Positions 15,001 to 28,138 of a stretch of 64,000 bases of DNA are shown here, in pieces. A program made the translations under genes and the position numbers. The stretch spans positions 6,681,519-6,745,518 of the forward strand of contig CM082578.2 in the NCBI GenBank assembly GCA_040954595.2, written 5' to 3'. The notes under the pieces were generated by a model. It was not told the origin of the DNA and did no database searches. It was given only the letters and a program-made list of their open reading frames with translations. Within the stretch, counting starts at the first letter, position 1, and each line of letters opens with the position of its first letter. The stretch comes from Balanoglossus misakiensis (Eukaryota; Animalia; Hemichordata).

Positions 15001-16215
15001 CTTGGTACTCCTGAGAATCTTTCTGTGTTGGTGAATGACAATACACAACATTAACCCCTTGAAGCCTGACCCCTTGATGACCTGTATATTATAAGGCAGT
15101 GGGGCCTTTAATACCATTAAAACAGGATGCAATGGGTCAGTGCTCAGCGTAGCTTGCTATGCTATCAGAAGTCAAATTCCTTGAATAATACTTTTTACCA
15201 ATCTTTTGAATTTATCATCACCTATGTTGTTTCCTACGAGAAACTGTCTTGCTTGTGTGAATTTTGACCTTTGGTTTGAATCCATGGCAAAACTGGACCG
15301 ATGCACTCAAAAATGAGGCAAAAGAGTTTAACCCTTTCACCCCCAGTTCCATCTTTAGAGGTCCAACCTTATCATAGACAACTTACAATGGGTTAGGACT
15401 GAATCATGGTGGTGAATTGGATTAAGAGAGAACAGCTACCTTGAAGAATGCTTTGGTGTTGTTAACCAGAAGTTCAATATCATGGGTCAGTTGGTCAATG
15501 GTCTCGTACTCGTCCATCTTCAACTTCTGTTGGACCTTCAGCAAATCGATGGGCACAGTCACCACATCGTAGTAATCTGGCAGTGATCTGAAATCAAGAA
15601 GTTGAGGACGCAAGTTTCACTATGTACAGATGCATGAAATAAAAAGTTATACACTGTTGAGATTTAAGTCAACATATGATAGAGAAACCAACCATACCTT
15701 CGTTTGGGAACTCGGACAAAGGATTCACAAAGAAGTCGCCCATCATCATCTTTGTAATTTCGAATGGTTTCATACAATTCTTGACATATATCAGCCTGCA
15801 AGAGGAGGCAAGGTCTTAGGTGGAAAATTAACAACAGTGAAGTACATTATACATTGTACCAGTAAACTCTCACAGATTCACTCACCACCTTCACAAACTT
15901 ATTGAGTGTGTGCTCTCAACATTCCGCAAGCAAGCCAGTTTCGGATACTTCTGAGTGTCTATAGCTCTGCTACATGTATGCACAAGTAAAAGTTGGGGAG
16001 GCTGGTGTTTTTCATACAACTTCAATAAACCACATTTTGCAATATTAACTGTGCAACAGATTGTTTCCCTTTAAAAGAAATTAAAACAATGAATGTACCT
16101 GATCCACAGTCTGGGTCACTGATCTCTTTCTCTTCTTTGCTGCTACAGAGACAGCAGCTGGTGGTGGCTCATCATCTCGAAAGTCTGATGTTACTGATCT
16201 TCTTCTCTTAGACAT
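1..16215 (-). CDS. PBRM1: Polybromo-1 (BAF180), multi-exon; 3' end lies beyond the window start
   Basis: ATG at 16215 (MSKRRRS...). Six bromodomain segments (e.g. [13 protein letters not shown] 15440-15587, [14 protein letters not shown] 12444-12697, [12 protein letters not shown] 11234-11558, [14 protein letters not shown] ~9735-9867, [10 protein letters not shown] ~8305-8472, [30 protein letters not shown] 7432-7911), two BAH domains ([30 protein letters not shown]; [28 protein letters not shown]), an HMG box ([11 protein letters not shown]...[16 protein letters not shown]), then zinc-finger and Gly/Met-rich exons. GT-AG boundaries keep the frame. Non-coding first exon near 17141-17240. Confidence 0.97.
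6716..6775. mobile_element. Degenerate inverted fragment of the same MITE
   Basis: TTAACCCTTTCACACCCATGGT...CCATTG resembles the reverse-complemented right end of the family. Confidence 0.5.
7960..8174. mobile_element. ~215-bp TTAA-flanked palindromic element (piggyBac-like ends)
   Basis: TTAAACCTTTCAAG ... CCTGAGAGGGTTAA with internal inverted pair ACTACGCGGATAG / CTATCCGCGAAGT. Confidence 0.5.
8554..8702. mobile_element. Degenerate MITE ending ACTGTA (Tc1/mariner-like end)
   Basis: AAACCTGTGTATATAGTGGCC ... GGCCACTATATACAGG...ACACAGGTTTTACTGTA inverted repeats. Confidence 0.5.
9616..9710. mobile_element. ~95-bp piggyBac-type MITE, copy in PBRM1 intron
   Basis: TTAA-CCCTTTCACC...GGTGAAAG(TAT)TTAA; internal sequence similar to copies at 15328 and 63734. 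Confidence 0.75.
15328..15425. mobile_element. ~95-bp piggyBac-type MITE, copy in PBRM1 intron
   Basis: TTAACCCTTTCACCCCCAGTTCC...CATGGTGGTGAA...TTAA; same family as 9616 and 63734. Confidence 0.75.
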
Positions 16216-17199
16216 GATTTCTTCTTTCTTCCCTAAGAAACAATGAAGGAATACAAAGACAGTGGTCATCACTTTGTGTTGAATTTGTCAAATGAAGCAA
16301 TGAGCCTAAGGCGTCATGTGAGGTGATACAGCTAACAATGTCCAATTCCCCCCCCCCCCCCCCAAAAAAAGGATATGTACATGTATCTGAGGTTAATAGA
16401 CTCTCTATCACAAGGAGTGTTTTATCATAGACTGACTGTAGACTGATGTGACTCCAATTACGTGTGTATGTATATATATATTTTTAATTTTTTATGTATA
16501 TATGGTGGGGGTGTCAAATTCCCCTAGAACATTTGACAGGACACATGTACTTATAACCTCTTCAGTGAAAATTCATTGCAATGGGCAGACTGTGGGGGGT
16601 GGGGCCAGCCTTTGCCTGAGCAGGAGGCTGGAGTTCTTACCGACAGAATTAAAGTACACACACATGTATGTGCATCAAACACTTTGACAACTCAATTATC
16701 TCAGCATTTTCAACATTTCCAAATTATATTTCCCGGAATAAGATTCATAACCTTCAAAACTACAGAATGTAGCACGAAAGTCGAAATTGAAAATACTGCA
16801 AATTTGGTTTCACAAAGCTACATCGTCGGGTCACTGGATCCGGAGCTCAAAATTAACCAGTTTTTAACGGTGGGTGTAATAACGTGACCACGAAAGTACA
16901 CGTGATGATTTTGTAAACAATACAACACATGCATGCGCGTGGATGTAGTAGTACTTCCGTACACAGTGTGTACCGCTGTACGAGAAAATGATCAAGCTGA
17001 ACAAAAGAATGCACAGCAGAACGATAACAAAGCAGACAGCCTCGACACATTTCACACCGACACAAAATCGTTTCACCGCAAACGGTTATCAACTGCCAGG
17101 GAAGGGTTAGCAATGCTGCTATTTCACAGATGAATCTCACCTGGATTTTAAGTGGTAACGCAGGCCTTCCTTCCTACAGCTGTTTTCGATGAGTCGACC

Positions 17200-17529
17200 A
17201 TGCGAATGATCAAACTTTGCGCCCGATTCACGCCGCGGCCATACTATCATGCATTTGCGTGTTGAGAGTTGCGCGACCTCGTTCACAGATAAAGTTTTGA
17301 ATTTCCTTTAGATTCCATTTTAAATGTTTTACCTCTTTGACATACACAAACCGCAAATTGTATTATATTGTAAAATAAATATGTAAATAATGTTAAATTT
17401 GTTACTATGAACAGATAATCAAATATCGCTTTGAACAAGGATGACCTTTGACCGCAGCTGACCCACGTGTATCTGTGACTTCACCGGAGAATCCATACGA
17501 CAGAGTGTACAGCGAAATACGACTTGAAA
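17200..17529. promoter_or_regulatory. Probable bidirectional promoter PBRM1/GNL3
   Basis: Divergent first exons about 300 bp apart, CpG-richer edges, CACGTG E-box near 17464. Confidence 0.6.
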
Positions 17530-20500
17530 ATGGTTAAAAAGGGAAGAGCAAGTAAGGATCTTGTTTCCCCCTTCCATTTCTTATTATATTCTGTTTTCTT
17601 CTATAGAAACAATTAACCAGAACCCGCTTGTTTAAATGTTTGTGTACACAGGAAAGATGAAGAGCAAGCGCATGACGTGTCGACGGAGATTCAAGATCGA
17701 AAAGAAGGTATGGTATTATTTCACACCTAGTTGGGTGATTGAGCAATACACATGTACTTGACACATTCCAGCTGTCGATCGATCTTTTAGAAAAAGTGAC
17801 TGTCGATGGTATAGATGTACAAATACATAACATACATACAGTGATACAATTACATAACATACATACAATACATGCATACATGTACATACATACATACATA
17901 CTGTACATACATACATACATACATACTGTACATACATACATACATACTGTACATACATACATACATACATACAAAATGCGCATACATACATACATGTACT
18001 TACATACATGCGTACGGTACACACACACACACACACAAACAAACAAACATGTGATTTACCGTAAGCCATAACCACTGATAATCACCGTATTCCTTAAAAT
18101 GATGATGTCAAGCTTGATAAAATCATTATATTTCTTTCAAACAGTCTAGAGTATGTACATTGAGTAAAAGATACTGTGGAACAGGTGACCAATTGTCTTC
18201 TTCCATACCCTCAGTGACATTGTATGTTTCATGCACAGGTAAAAGAACATCACAAGAAATCACGGAAAGAGGCCAAGAAGAACCAGAATCGACCCAAAAT
18301 GAGAAAAGATCCTGGTGTGCCGAACATGGCACCATTTAAAGAACAAGTCCTTCGGGAAGCTGCAGATAGGAAGCAGAGAGTATGTACACATACAATGTAT
18401 CAAGCATACACACACGCATATACATACACTATTGTAATTCCATAATACAGTATGTGTACATACTACTAGTATGTACACCACTGTCCATTGTATTTATATT
18501 TCAATCTTCCTTGAATCTGTATTTTCAAAGCTATTTTACTTTTAACATAAATCATTAACAATTAATAGCATGATTTATTTCCATAAACATTGGGTTCCAT
18601 GACAGTTGCTCAAAACACATCTATCAGCATTTTAAACTGGCTGCTGGGTCAGGGGTTAGAGTTAGTGACACCCCCCCACCTGGAGTGTTCACAAAGAATA
18701 TATCATCTGTTCAGTGCAAATATTTTATGTGAAAATTAAGAATTGTACGCAGATGAGAAGTTGGGTGTGCGACGTATAACCTCTCCAACTTTGAATTGGA
18801 GATTTAAGTGTAATATGTTTATATGCTCTTTTCGTATACAGGCTGAAGAGGAAAGACAAAGGCAAAAAGATCAGCGACAAAAGTTAAAGGCAAAAAAGAG
18901 AAATTTAGCAAGTTTGGCAGATGAAGCTGAAAAGAAACAAAAGGAATTTGAGAAAAAGGTTTGCGGAGTTTGTTCTTTCATGGTTTTACACAGCAGATTC
19001 CAGAAATTCATTTTTCCAGTGCATGAGAGAAATTCTAGCATGCGGCCAAGAAATCCAATATATCTTTATCGGAGAGTTTAATTACCATTGATAACAAATA
19101 TAACAGCTGAAACATTTTTTCTCCATCACCAACAGAATGCCTTCATGAAAGAAATTTCCTCTGCGAAGTATGATGCCGGCAGTGGAGTGGAAAATTCCAG
19201 GAAAGCTTACTACAAAGAGTTCAGGAAAGTTGTGGAAGCGGCAGACGTGGTCTTGGAAGTGTTGGATGCCAGAGACCCACTGGGATGTCGATGTCCACAG
19301 GTGGAACAGGCCATCATAGCATCAGGAACAAACAAGAAAGTTGTGTTGGTACTCAATAAAATAGGCAAGTTTTGCATCATAGAAATAACATACATGTGCT
19401 TTGGATATAGTTATAGTGCCAGCCCTGACTGACAAAAATGGGAAAAAAGTTTGCTTACTGTGTTCTCTGCCATTGAACTATATCATCCGTCAAAGATTCT
19501 TGCTTCTACTTGCAAGAAAGTAGTGGGCCATCTGATAGAAAGTTGCACAGAGATCATTGGCTCATTTTCTGGCGCTGACAAAATCGCATCATCTAACAGT
19601 TACAAAAAAGGGTACTCACTCACTCACTGGACTTCTCTGCCTATATTGATACACCCCAGATCTTATACCAAGGGATGTGACAGAAAAATGGCTCAAACAT
19701 CTTCGAAATGAATTTCCAACAATAGCGTTCAAAGCCTCAACACAGACACAGAAACAAAATTTGGTGAGTAGTGACTTATCCTTTGTCTGATTCCTTGCAA
19801 TCTTTGAAGTACCACTCATAGGTAACCTACAAAATGTATAGGCTAGCCAATGAATGATCACAATGTCAACTCAAATAACATTCTTCAGAATCTTGGGACA
19901 GATTGAAACATGCCATAAAAGTTTGAAAAGAAAATGTATTGTGACAGTATATGTATGACAATCTTTCAAATAAATGAAAGTTCAGATGGCAGATTCCAGA
20001 GCACAAGTTTCACATTTATACTTGACGTGTACACAAGAAATGGCATAATTTTTGTAAGCTGTGCTTAATATTATAATATCCTAAAGCTTGAGATCATACA
20101 CAGCTATGTGCATGAGATAATGATTCCATCATTGTGTCTTTATTCTCAGTCGAGGAGTAAAGTGCAGCTAAATATAGCCAAACAGGAATTGGTGGAATCA
20201 AGTGTGTGTTTAGGAGCTGACTCGTTATTAAAATTATTGGCCAACTACTGCAGGAGTGCTGACATTAAAACGTCTGTAACAGTCGGAGTTGTTGGTAAGT
20301 TTTTTCGTATGCCAGACAGATGTGTGGGCTTTTCATATCAGACATAAGTAATAATTCTGAGTGAGTTTTGAACCACGTTATGAAAAAACTGTATACATGT
20401 ATACTCCTGACACACAAAGAATGATACTTTGAAGTCAACTGCTAATAACAGAAAGAAGAGATTATTCCTTCAGAGCAAAGAAGGGAAAACATAACTATAA

Positions 20501-23500
20501 TCTTATACTATTCTTGTCTTTTTTGTAGGATTTCCGAATGTTGGTAAAAGCAGTCTTATAAACAGTCTGAAAAGAGCCAAATCATGTGTTGTTGGCAGTA
20601 CACCAGGTCTTACAAAGTGAGTCATAATTAGCTGACTGTTATATTAGCATTATGATTAGCCAGATTTTAGCACTGCAATCAGGGACTTTGCAACACATAG
20701 CAATTGTGTGGCAGTGTCCCTTCTCAAAATTGTTTACAAAATATCACAGCCATTGTCTCAAGTGTAAAGTGATTTGACCCTAGTTGTAACTTTCTTCAAA
20801 TGCAGGGCGATGCAAGAGGTGCAGCTGGACAAACACATCAAACTCCTGGACTGTCCTGGAATTGTCATGGCAACAGCCACATCTGAAGTTGCCATGGTGT
20901 TGAGGAATTGTGTCAAGGTGAGTTGGGGTACCTGGCTTTCAGAACAGACTATGGACAGTGATGGGTGAACACAGTCAAGTTTCCTTGGTTGTTTTATATT
21001 ACTGTGATTTAATACATACAGATTTTACAGAACAGTTACCTCCAGTGTAAACAGTGTTGTCAGTCTGCTTGTCTTGTCTGTTTTGTCAGTGACAACATAA
21101 TTTCTTGATCATGTTGAGATCGACTTGCCTTATAGAAAGACTCAAGTCCAGTTGACTATTTTACACTATTTTTCAAATTTTTTTACTTCTTTACACTATG
21201 AATGGAGATTGCAGGTTTGCCCATGTTACTGTGACAAAACAATCACTGAGTGAAACAGCTAAAATTTAGACTTTGAATTCCTTGTCCTCATATTTCTTTG
21301 TTCAGATTGAAACCCTAGCAGATCCAATCACACCAGTGGAAGCCATAGTGAAAAGGTGCAACAAGACACAGGTGAGAGATTTACTCAGTCTCCATGTAAA
21401 TTTACACCACTGATCGTTACAAGGTGCAGATCTTGAGAGATGACATGGCACATACATGTATGTTCAAGTTTGAGAACAGGTACATGTAGGATGTTTGTAC
21501 TACTGTAACATGTAACTGTAAAATGTTTTTTTTTCATGACAGGAAATTTTCGCGATATCAGAAGAAGCAACTAATATGCGAGAATTCATTTTGGCGTTCT
21601 CGTATTCCACTAACTGCATCGTTATCTCCGAAAATTATTTTATGCGACTTTTTATTTTTGTGTTTTTTATAAATTTTCGCGAAATACGCGAGAGCCAAAG
21701 CGAAAATAACCCGTTTTACCATATGCAATATTACAATATATTTAACTTTATCAAAGCTAAAAGTGGTCATATTTTTCCTCTACAGCTTTGTCTGTATTAC
21801 TCAATCCCAAATTTTGAGAGTGTTGGTGAATTCCTGGCATTGTTGGCCAAGAAACAAGGGAAACTCAAGAAAGGCGGCGTTGCTAATGTTGACAAGGCAG
21901 CCAAGACTATTTTGACAGATTGGAACAGGTGAGTTGTTGTCTGTGGAGTCCTTGCATGTGAAATTAAGTTATTCAATTGGAAAAATACTTGTGCAGGAAA
22001 AGAAGTGAGGAAGCCTGCACAACTCTCCACTTTAACCACCATGTTTTGGTCCTAATCCACTGTTGTCTGTGGTAATGTTTGATCTCTACATAGGGAAATG
22101 GGAATGTGGGTTCAATTTCTGCATTTTTCTTCGGTGCAGTCATGATTTTTAGGACCCAGTGGTTTGTTGTGTTAGATTCCTGTTCAGATGAATTTTGCTT
22201 CCCTAATGTGTACATCTCTCCCCATGGTCTCTTCCCAGTGGTAAGATCACATACTACACCCATCCCCCAGAACAACATACCCTACCAACCCACATCAGCG
22301 CTGATGTTGTCACTGAACTCAGTAAAGCTTTTGACGTCTCTGCTCTGGAGACAGATGAGAAACAGATGCTGGAAGGTAAGCGAATACTGGGTGTTTGTTT
22401 TCAGAATTCTGATTGTGTCACACTTTTTTGTCTTTCTCCTGGACCAAGAAAACACATACCCGAAAACATCTGGCTCTTCAATTCTGATTCATTTTCAAGG
22501 TGTCCAATTCACCCATTGGAAGAATACATTTGTGTCAGCATACCCCTGTGAACTGCAGCAAGTATGATAACCTAGATGGGTTCCAAATGACATATCACAC
22601 AAACTGTGGTCTCACTTGATAGACCATCATCACTTGCAATAGAGCAGGTGTATATTAACCCTTCCACCACCATTGTTCAGTCCAAACCCATTGTTTTCTA
22701 TGGGAAGGATAGACCATGCATGTTATAACCTGATGGAGTTCAAGCCTGAATCCAAATGTTTGATACTCTTTTAGGTCTTAGCAGTGTGAAAAGCAGTCGC
22801 TCCATCTTGTTCGAATCCACTGGGCTGACTGAGGGCGCTGTGCAGGATGAAGAACTGGAGAGTGTCGGCGATGAGAGGGAGGAGCAGGAAGGGGTGGAAA
22901 CTGAAGACATGGATGCAGAGAAAGAGGAGGAGGAAGATGAAAATGTTGGTGCAGATGAAAATAAAGAGGTAAATTAACTTCTTTGATTGAAGACGTTATT
23001 TTTCACGACGGGCCTGATAGAATGCTGTAGCCTATGTGGAGATAGAGCTGCTAATTGTAGAACAGCCTTCATGTTGGTTTTGATCATTCGTGCCGTCTGC
23101 CTTTGAGCTCTGACAACAGCCAAACATATTTAGTAGCATCCAAGATACCTGGTATATTGTGTAAAAATACACCAATAGGCTTGCCATTTACCTGTAGTCA
23201 AATTGACTGGCTCATGTCACTGAGCCTCGGTAAGTCTTAGGTTCAGACAAAAAAATGACAATCCCGATAATGAGCATTGTACTTCAATACCTTTTGCGAG
23301 GAAAACATTTTAATTTAAAAATCAAAACACTTGGAAATGCCGTACTAGGGAAACAGATTTGAATATATCCCTTCCATACCAGTGGGTGTGTATAGGTGCA
23401 GTAACATTTTCCAGTTTGGTCACGTAGATGTATGTCAAAATGCTTTGAAGACACTCTGTGCCATTTTCTTTCAGATGGGAGCGGTCACGATAGAATTTCA

Positions 23501-24149
23501 AGGCAAACGAACGTCAAGCAGAATCAAACTTCTGAAGGAGTTGAAAGAGTCAAAGAAGACCAACGTGGGTGCCGCCCTAGAAGGAAATTTACAGCTCGGG
23601 AAAGAACTGAAGAAGAATATGAAAAAAGTGAAGAAACAGCGAAGGCGGGCAGGTCAGTCAAACATATATTCCAAGGTTGTTCTCTGTGCCCTGGGAGTAA
23701 ATTTTCATTCAGTCTGTTTTGTTTCAATGTTATTGTGAAGAAGTAATGTTCCACATTAATTATGCCACATTTGTAGACTTGCAAAAATTTCCCATTTTCA
23801 GTATTCATTTTTTTGAGTCAACTATAGCATGTTCATTTTGATGTTAACCAAGATTTTGCTGCTGTCAAAATTGTGTTAAAAATGTATTAGGTATTTGAAA
23901 TTGTCAGAATGAATCATGCAAGTTTCATTTGCTGGCAAGGGCATACAAGCATCAACAGGCAAAACTTAGCCACAGTAACTCAAATAAAGGGTTCTCTGAA
24001 AAAAACAAATAACATATTTTTAAAATCTCTCGTTTCTTCCAGACAACTTGGCCACCAAACTGTCGGATGATCTAACTGCCGCCATGAATTTCTCCCTGTC
24101 TGGTGATGGTGGAGACGATTCCTACAACTTTGGCACAGACTACAAGTAG
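17530..24149 (+). CDS. GNL3: Nucleostemin/GNL3-family nucleolar GTPase (GNL3/GNL3L co-orthologue), multi-exon
   Basis: Spliced N-terminus [49 protein letters not shown], circularly permuted GTPase motifs [15 protein letters not shown] (G4), [14 protein letters not shown] (G1), DCPG (G3), KLKKGG, C-terminal [11 protein letters not shown] with TAG at 24147-24149. Confidence 0.95.
17815..18048. repeat. (CATA)n / (CA)n microsatellite in GNL3 intron 2
   Basis: Runs of TACATACA interrupted by CTG, followed by (CA)n and (CAAA)n. Confidence 0.95.
21515..21723. mobile_element. Probable degenerate MITE in a GNL3 intron
   Basis: CpG-rich TTTTCGCG/CGCGAAA inverted motifs between ACTGTAAAA and GTTTTAC ends, atypical of the surrounding intron. 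Confidence 0.4.
22655..22715. mobile_element. Truncated, inverted copy of the same MITE in a GNL3 intron
   Basis: TTAACCCTTCCACCACCATTGTTCAGTCCAAACCCATTGTTTTCTATGG is the reverse complement of the right half of 63734-63826. Confidence 0.65.
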
Positions 24150-24617
24150 ACAGTGTGGAAGATGGAACGATTGGCAGTCAGATATCTTTATTGAGAATTT
24201 CTATGTACAAAAATACATAATTAATAAACATGGACTAAAATTCACAGTTTGTACGTAGTCTACTTGTGCTCTGGGGTGGCATAGCAAGTCATTTCTGAGG
24301 CCATTTAGGGCAGTTTATGCTGGAACATTATGATATACATGTATCCCCAACAAAAATAGCCAACATGCTGTTTTCAATTCCCATAATTGGAGTGGACTTC
24401 AATTTATTAAAGATTTAAAAAATGCACATGACATGCCCAATCAGAAGGCTTTCAGTTTTTTTTTCAGGTAAACAGACTGTGTCCCAAAATTGATTGTGGA
24501 AAAGGACTTATTACAGTTTGATATATTGTATGATTTTTACAATTATATATACATAAACTGCAAATAATTTGACAAAGTTATGTACAAATTATCAATAAAA
24601 TTTTGGTAACTTTAAAA

Positions 24618-27600
24618 TCATGAGGATCCATCCAAATTGATGGTGCTAGGGTTGAATTTTCCATGGTGCTTTGTGGCGTCGTATCCAACACCATAGTTAT
24701 CACTGAGATAGTCCAATATGGCTGGAATACTCGTCAGGGTGTTAAAGACTCGCTTGTCAGCTTTGCAAGTCACATGGTCCATCATCTGTATAAGATGGTG
24801 ATGGAAGCACTGTATAGGTGTTCCTGTCTGTAATGCTATGTCCACCTGTGAACGGGAGATAATGGTTAGTTAATGCATGTGACAATCTCGGTCCTCATAA
24901 ATGACACCAAGAAGAACTTAACAAATTTGGCTAATACATGATCTATGCTTCAAGAACCACATGCCACAGGAAACCACCTTCTTCCACAGTTGCATGTGAG
25001 ATGAGGACAAGACAGTACAATATACACATGGACACATTTGTTTCATGATATGATCCAAGTGGGTGGACAGGCCACATGTACATATATAGCATCTAGACAC
25101 CAGCCAATCCAGCTACGCACACATGCGCACCATCCAGACTTCCGACAGTGTCAGAGGTAACCAAGTACGCTTTTTAGACAACCTGGATTCGAATCCAGAT
25201 ATGTAAATTTTGATCAGATGGAGAAAATGTATGAATTTGTGAATCCTTACCCAGTCCTGTATACATTCCACTGGTGTGAATTCATACCCAGCATACATTG
25301 CAGGGTTTTGGAGAATTCCCCTCGCAGCCATGACTCCTGGAACACAGAAAATAAATGCATTTTTACAGCTGAAGTATATTGGGATGACAAACTTACAAAT
25401 TCGAACAAACTCTCATATAAGGAGAATGTATTATGGCATGTTATACATTCTCGTCACACAAAATACCCTGGAGCTGATAACCATGAAAACCTATCTTCAT
25501 TCTTGTCTAAATTTGTTGCTTGTAAATAAATGGAAATGACATAGCTGTTACAACAATCCTGTATATCTATTAGCAACACTGGCAGCGATAGTACCAATGC
25601 AACTTCCACATGTACCACTACTTACTACACCATGTATCATGCATCAAGTCACCCAAAGGCACGTTTGATAATTACCATTAACCCCTGTAAGTTCATGGAC
25701 CTTCTGAACATCGTCCAGCGATCTGATGTCGCCGTTGGCAACAACGGGAATAGACACGCTGTCTTTGACCACTTTGATGTCATCGTAATTGGCCGGTTCC
25801 GTGCGCTGTTCACTCGTTCTGCCGTGGACCGTGATCCAGGAGACGCCAGCTCGCTCTGCTTGCTGACAGAAATCTACTGTATCCCTGGAAAGAGTGCAGT
25901 GATTTGCATTAGAAACCTGCTGAACTTGTTTGCTTGAAAATATAAAGTATAGTTGCAACTCAGTACAGAATTCGGTGACTTACGCGAGCAGTTATAGCGT
26001 TTTTTGCATTTTTTTTCAAAACTGGTGGATTCATGCCCACAAAAATATCAGGATGAATGATCATGAAAAGACCTAATTGTCTCTCTGTGTGTATATAACT
26101 TGGACCACAATGTGGAGGAACTGTGCTTTGACATATAAACACTGAACAATGAGCACAACTGAGGACATTAAAGATGGGTATGATTGCTGCTTTTATTACA
26201 AAGACAAACTTGTAGTGCTACTTGCTGGGAATATATGTCAAGGGACAGACCAGAAGCAAACAGTATATAGAGAATTATCAGTGTTAGATTTGCGGGCAGG
26301 ACCTTACCTGAGATTAAAGCGAAGCCTGATTTTGATAGAAACTGAGAAGTTTTCATCCTGAACTCTGCTCCTTGTTTGTCTTATCATATCTTTCACCAAG
26401 TCTGGATTTTTCAATAAATGAGCGCCGTAACCCTCAGCCATTGCCCATCTGCAAGCAGATGTTATTACCATGAGAAATGTGACGTGGTCACTGCAAAGAT
26501 AATTACTCATCTTCTTGTCAGCTACACATTTCTTCCTCAACGCAATCTCCTTCACTTTCATCAAACCTGTCATGCCTACACTTTGACATCATACTTGCTG
26601 TCAGTATTAAAAATGACTGACTGACAGTTACATTTCCAGAATCTTCAACACTCATTTACAATAAGGACATATACAAATATGAAAACTCCAGACATCAGGT
26701 CAAAAACCAGTGTAAGAATATTGGTGTGTGTCATTGGATCTCAAAGCTATTGATTTTTTTATTCCATTACCTTTGGGGACATCCACAGTTCAAGTCAACA
26801 CCATCAGCATAACTGCAGGAAAGATGTCAAGTTGGGAGTAAGGTCAAAGTTCATGACAGTAGTATGCATATACATTGTATCATGTTAGTGGAATAGAATT
26901 TTTCCATGAATAAATCAAAACTATTTTTGTGTACTATTTCACAGACTGCTAATCTTGGGCTTGTACGATCACAGTGATAATTTAAAATGCATGCACATGT
27001 GGTCTGTGATCTGGGTTTTGCTCAAGTTTATGTACATATGATACAATAATCAAGAAACTGCCACCATGATCATTGTGATAAAGATGACATTCTAAGACTA
27101 CTCACGGAGCAATGATCTCTGCAGCATCAGCCAGATCTTTTGCATTGTTGGCAGCAAACTGCACAATCAACGGTCTATCCCCTGAAAGGCAATGTGGAGG
27201 GAGGGTGAACATGATGGGTCTTATAATTATGACTACAGGGAGTACAGGCTCATCAGCTGGACAGTATTAATTAAAGGGGAAGGGTCATCAGAACTTTTTT
27301 GTTTACAAAAACACCATCAGACTTGTTCCTCTTAAGAATTCAGGGAGACCATGTCACCACTTTTGCATATGCACTACAAAGAAAAGCTCATCATTGTGAT
27401 GGACATTGTATCAAATTGACTATCAAAACTGGCAGACATAATGCACTCATACCTGAATTTGTAGAAAATTCAATATCTCTCGCTTTGATTGATTTGATGA
27501 ATGAATCTGATACAATCATTGGAGTAAACGCTAGGTCACATCCATATCTACAAGAGGTCAAAGTTACCAACGCATCAGTTAATATGTGCTTGTGTTTGCC

Positions 27601-28079
27601 CCAGGAATAACTTCTGATACTGGCAAATTCACAATATATTATGATAATGAGTTTGTTTCCCCAGTATTAAAATGTTTAATGGCTGATAATATTCCAACTT
27701 CACTTTACTTGTGTCATTTGAAGCATATGCCATTAACTTGATGTAGAACTTTAAAAAAGTACGAAATAAACTACAGATTTAAATGTAAAACATGACAAAA
27801 CGATGTATTGCTTAGGTTGTTTTAGGTTAATAAAGAACAAACATTCACATGAATACTTACTTTCTCACAAGAGTTCTAAATGCCAACCTGGAAAAAGAAG
27901 TGAGAATTGTATTAGCAGAAGAGAGTGTAAGTATATTGCTAACATAAATTATCATTATTTCTTATTCATGTATGTACATCACGGAGACAAGATTCCGCTG
28001 TGCATAATTCTTTGAAGGAAAAGTGCTTGCGCACAAGGAATTTATCTGAATAACTTTTTCTGATCTTAGCAAATTAAAA

Positions 28080-28138
<59 letters not shown>

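Noticed and set aside
17534-18075. ORFs of 60-170 aa rich in VCMY/HTYI
   Set aside because: Translations of the (CATA)n microsatellite.
17552-24040. Orthologues of vertebrate SNORD19/SNORD69 in GNL3 introns
   Set aside because: I found no convincing RTGATGA...CTGA box pair with the expected guide sequence by eye.
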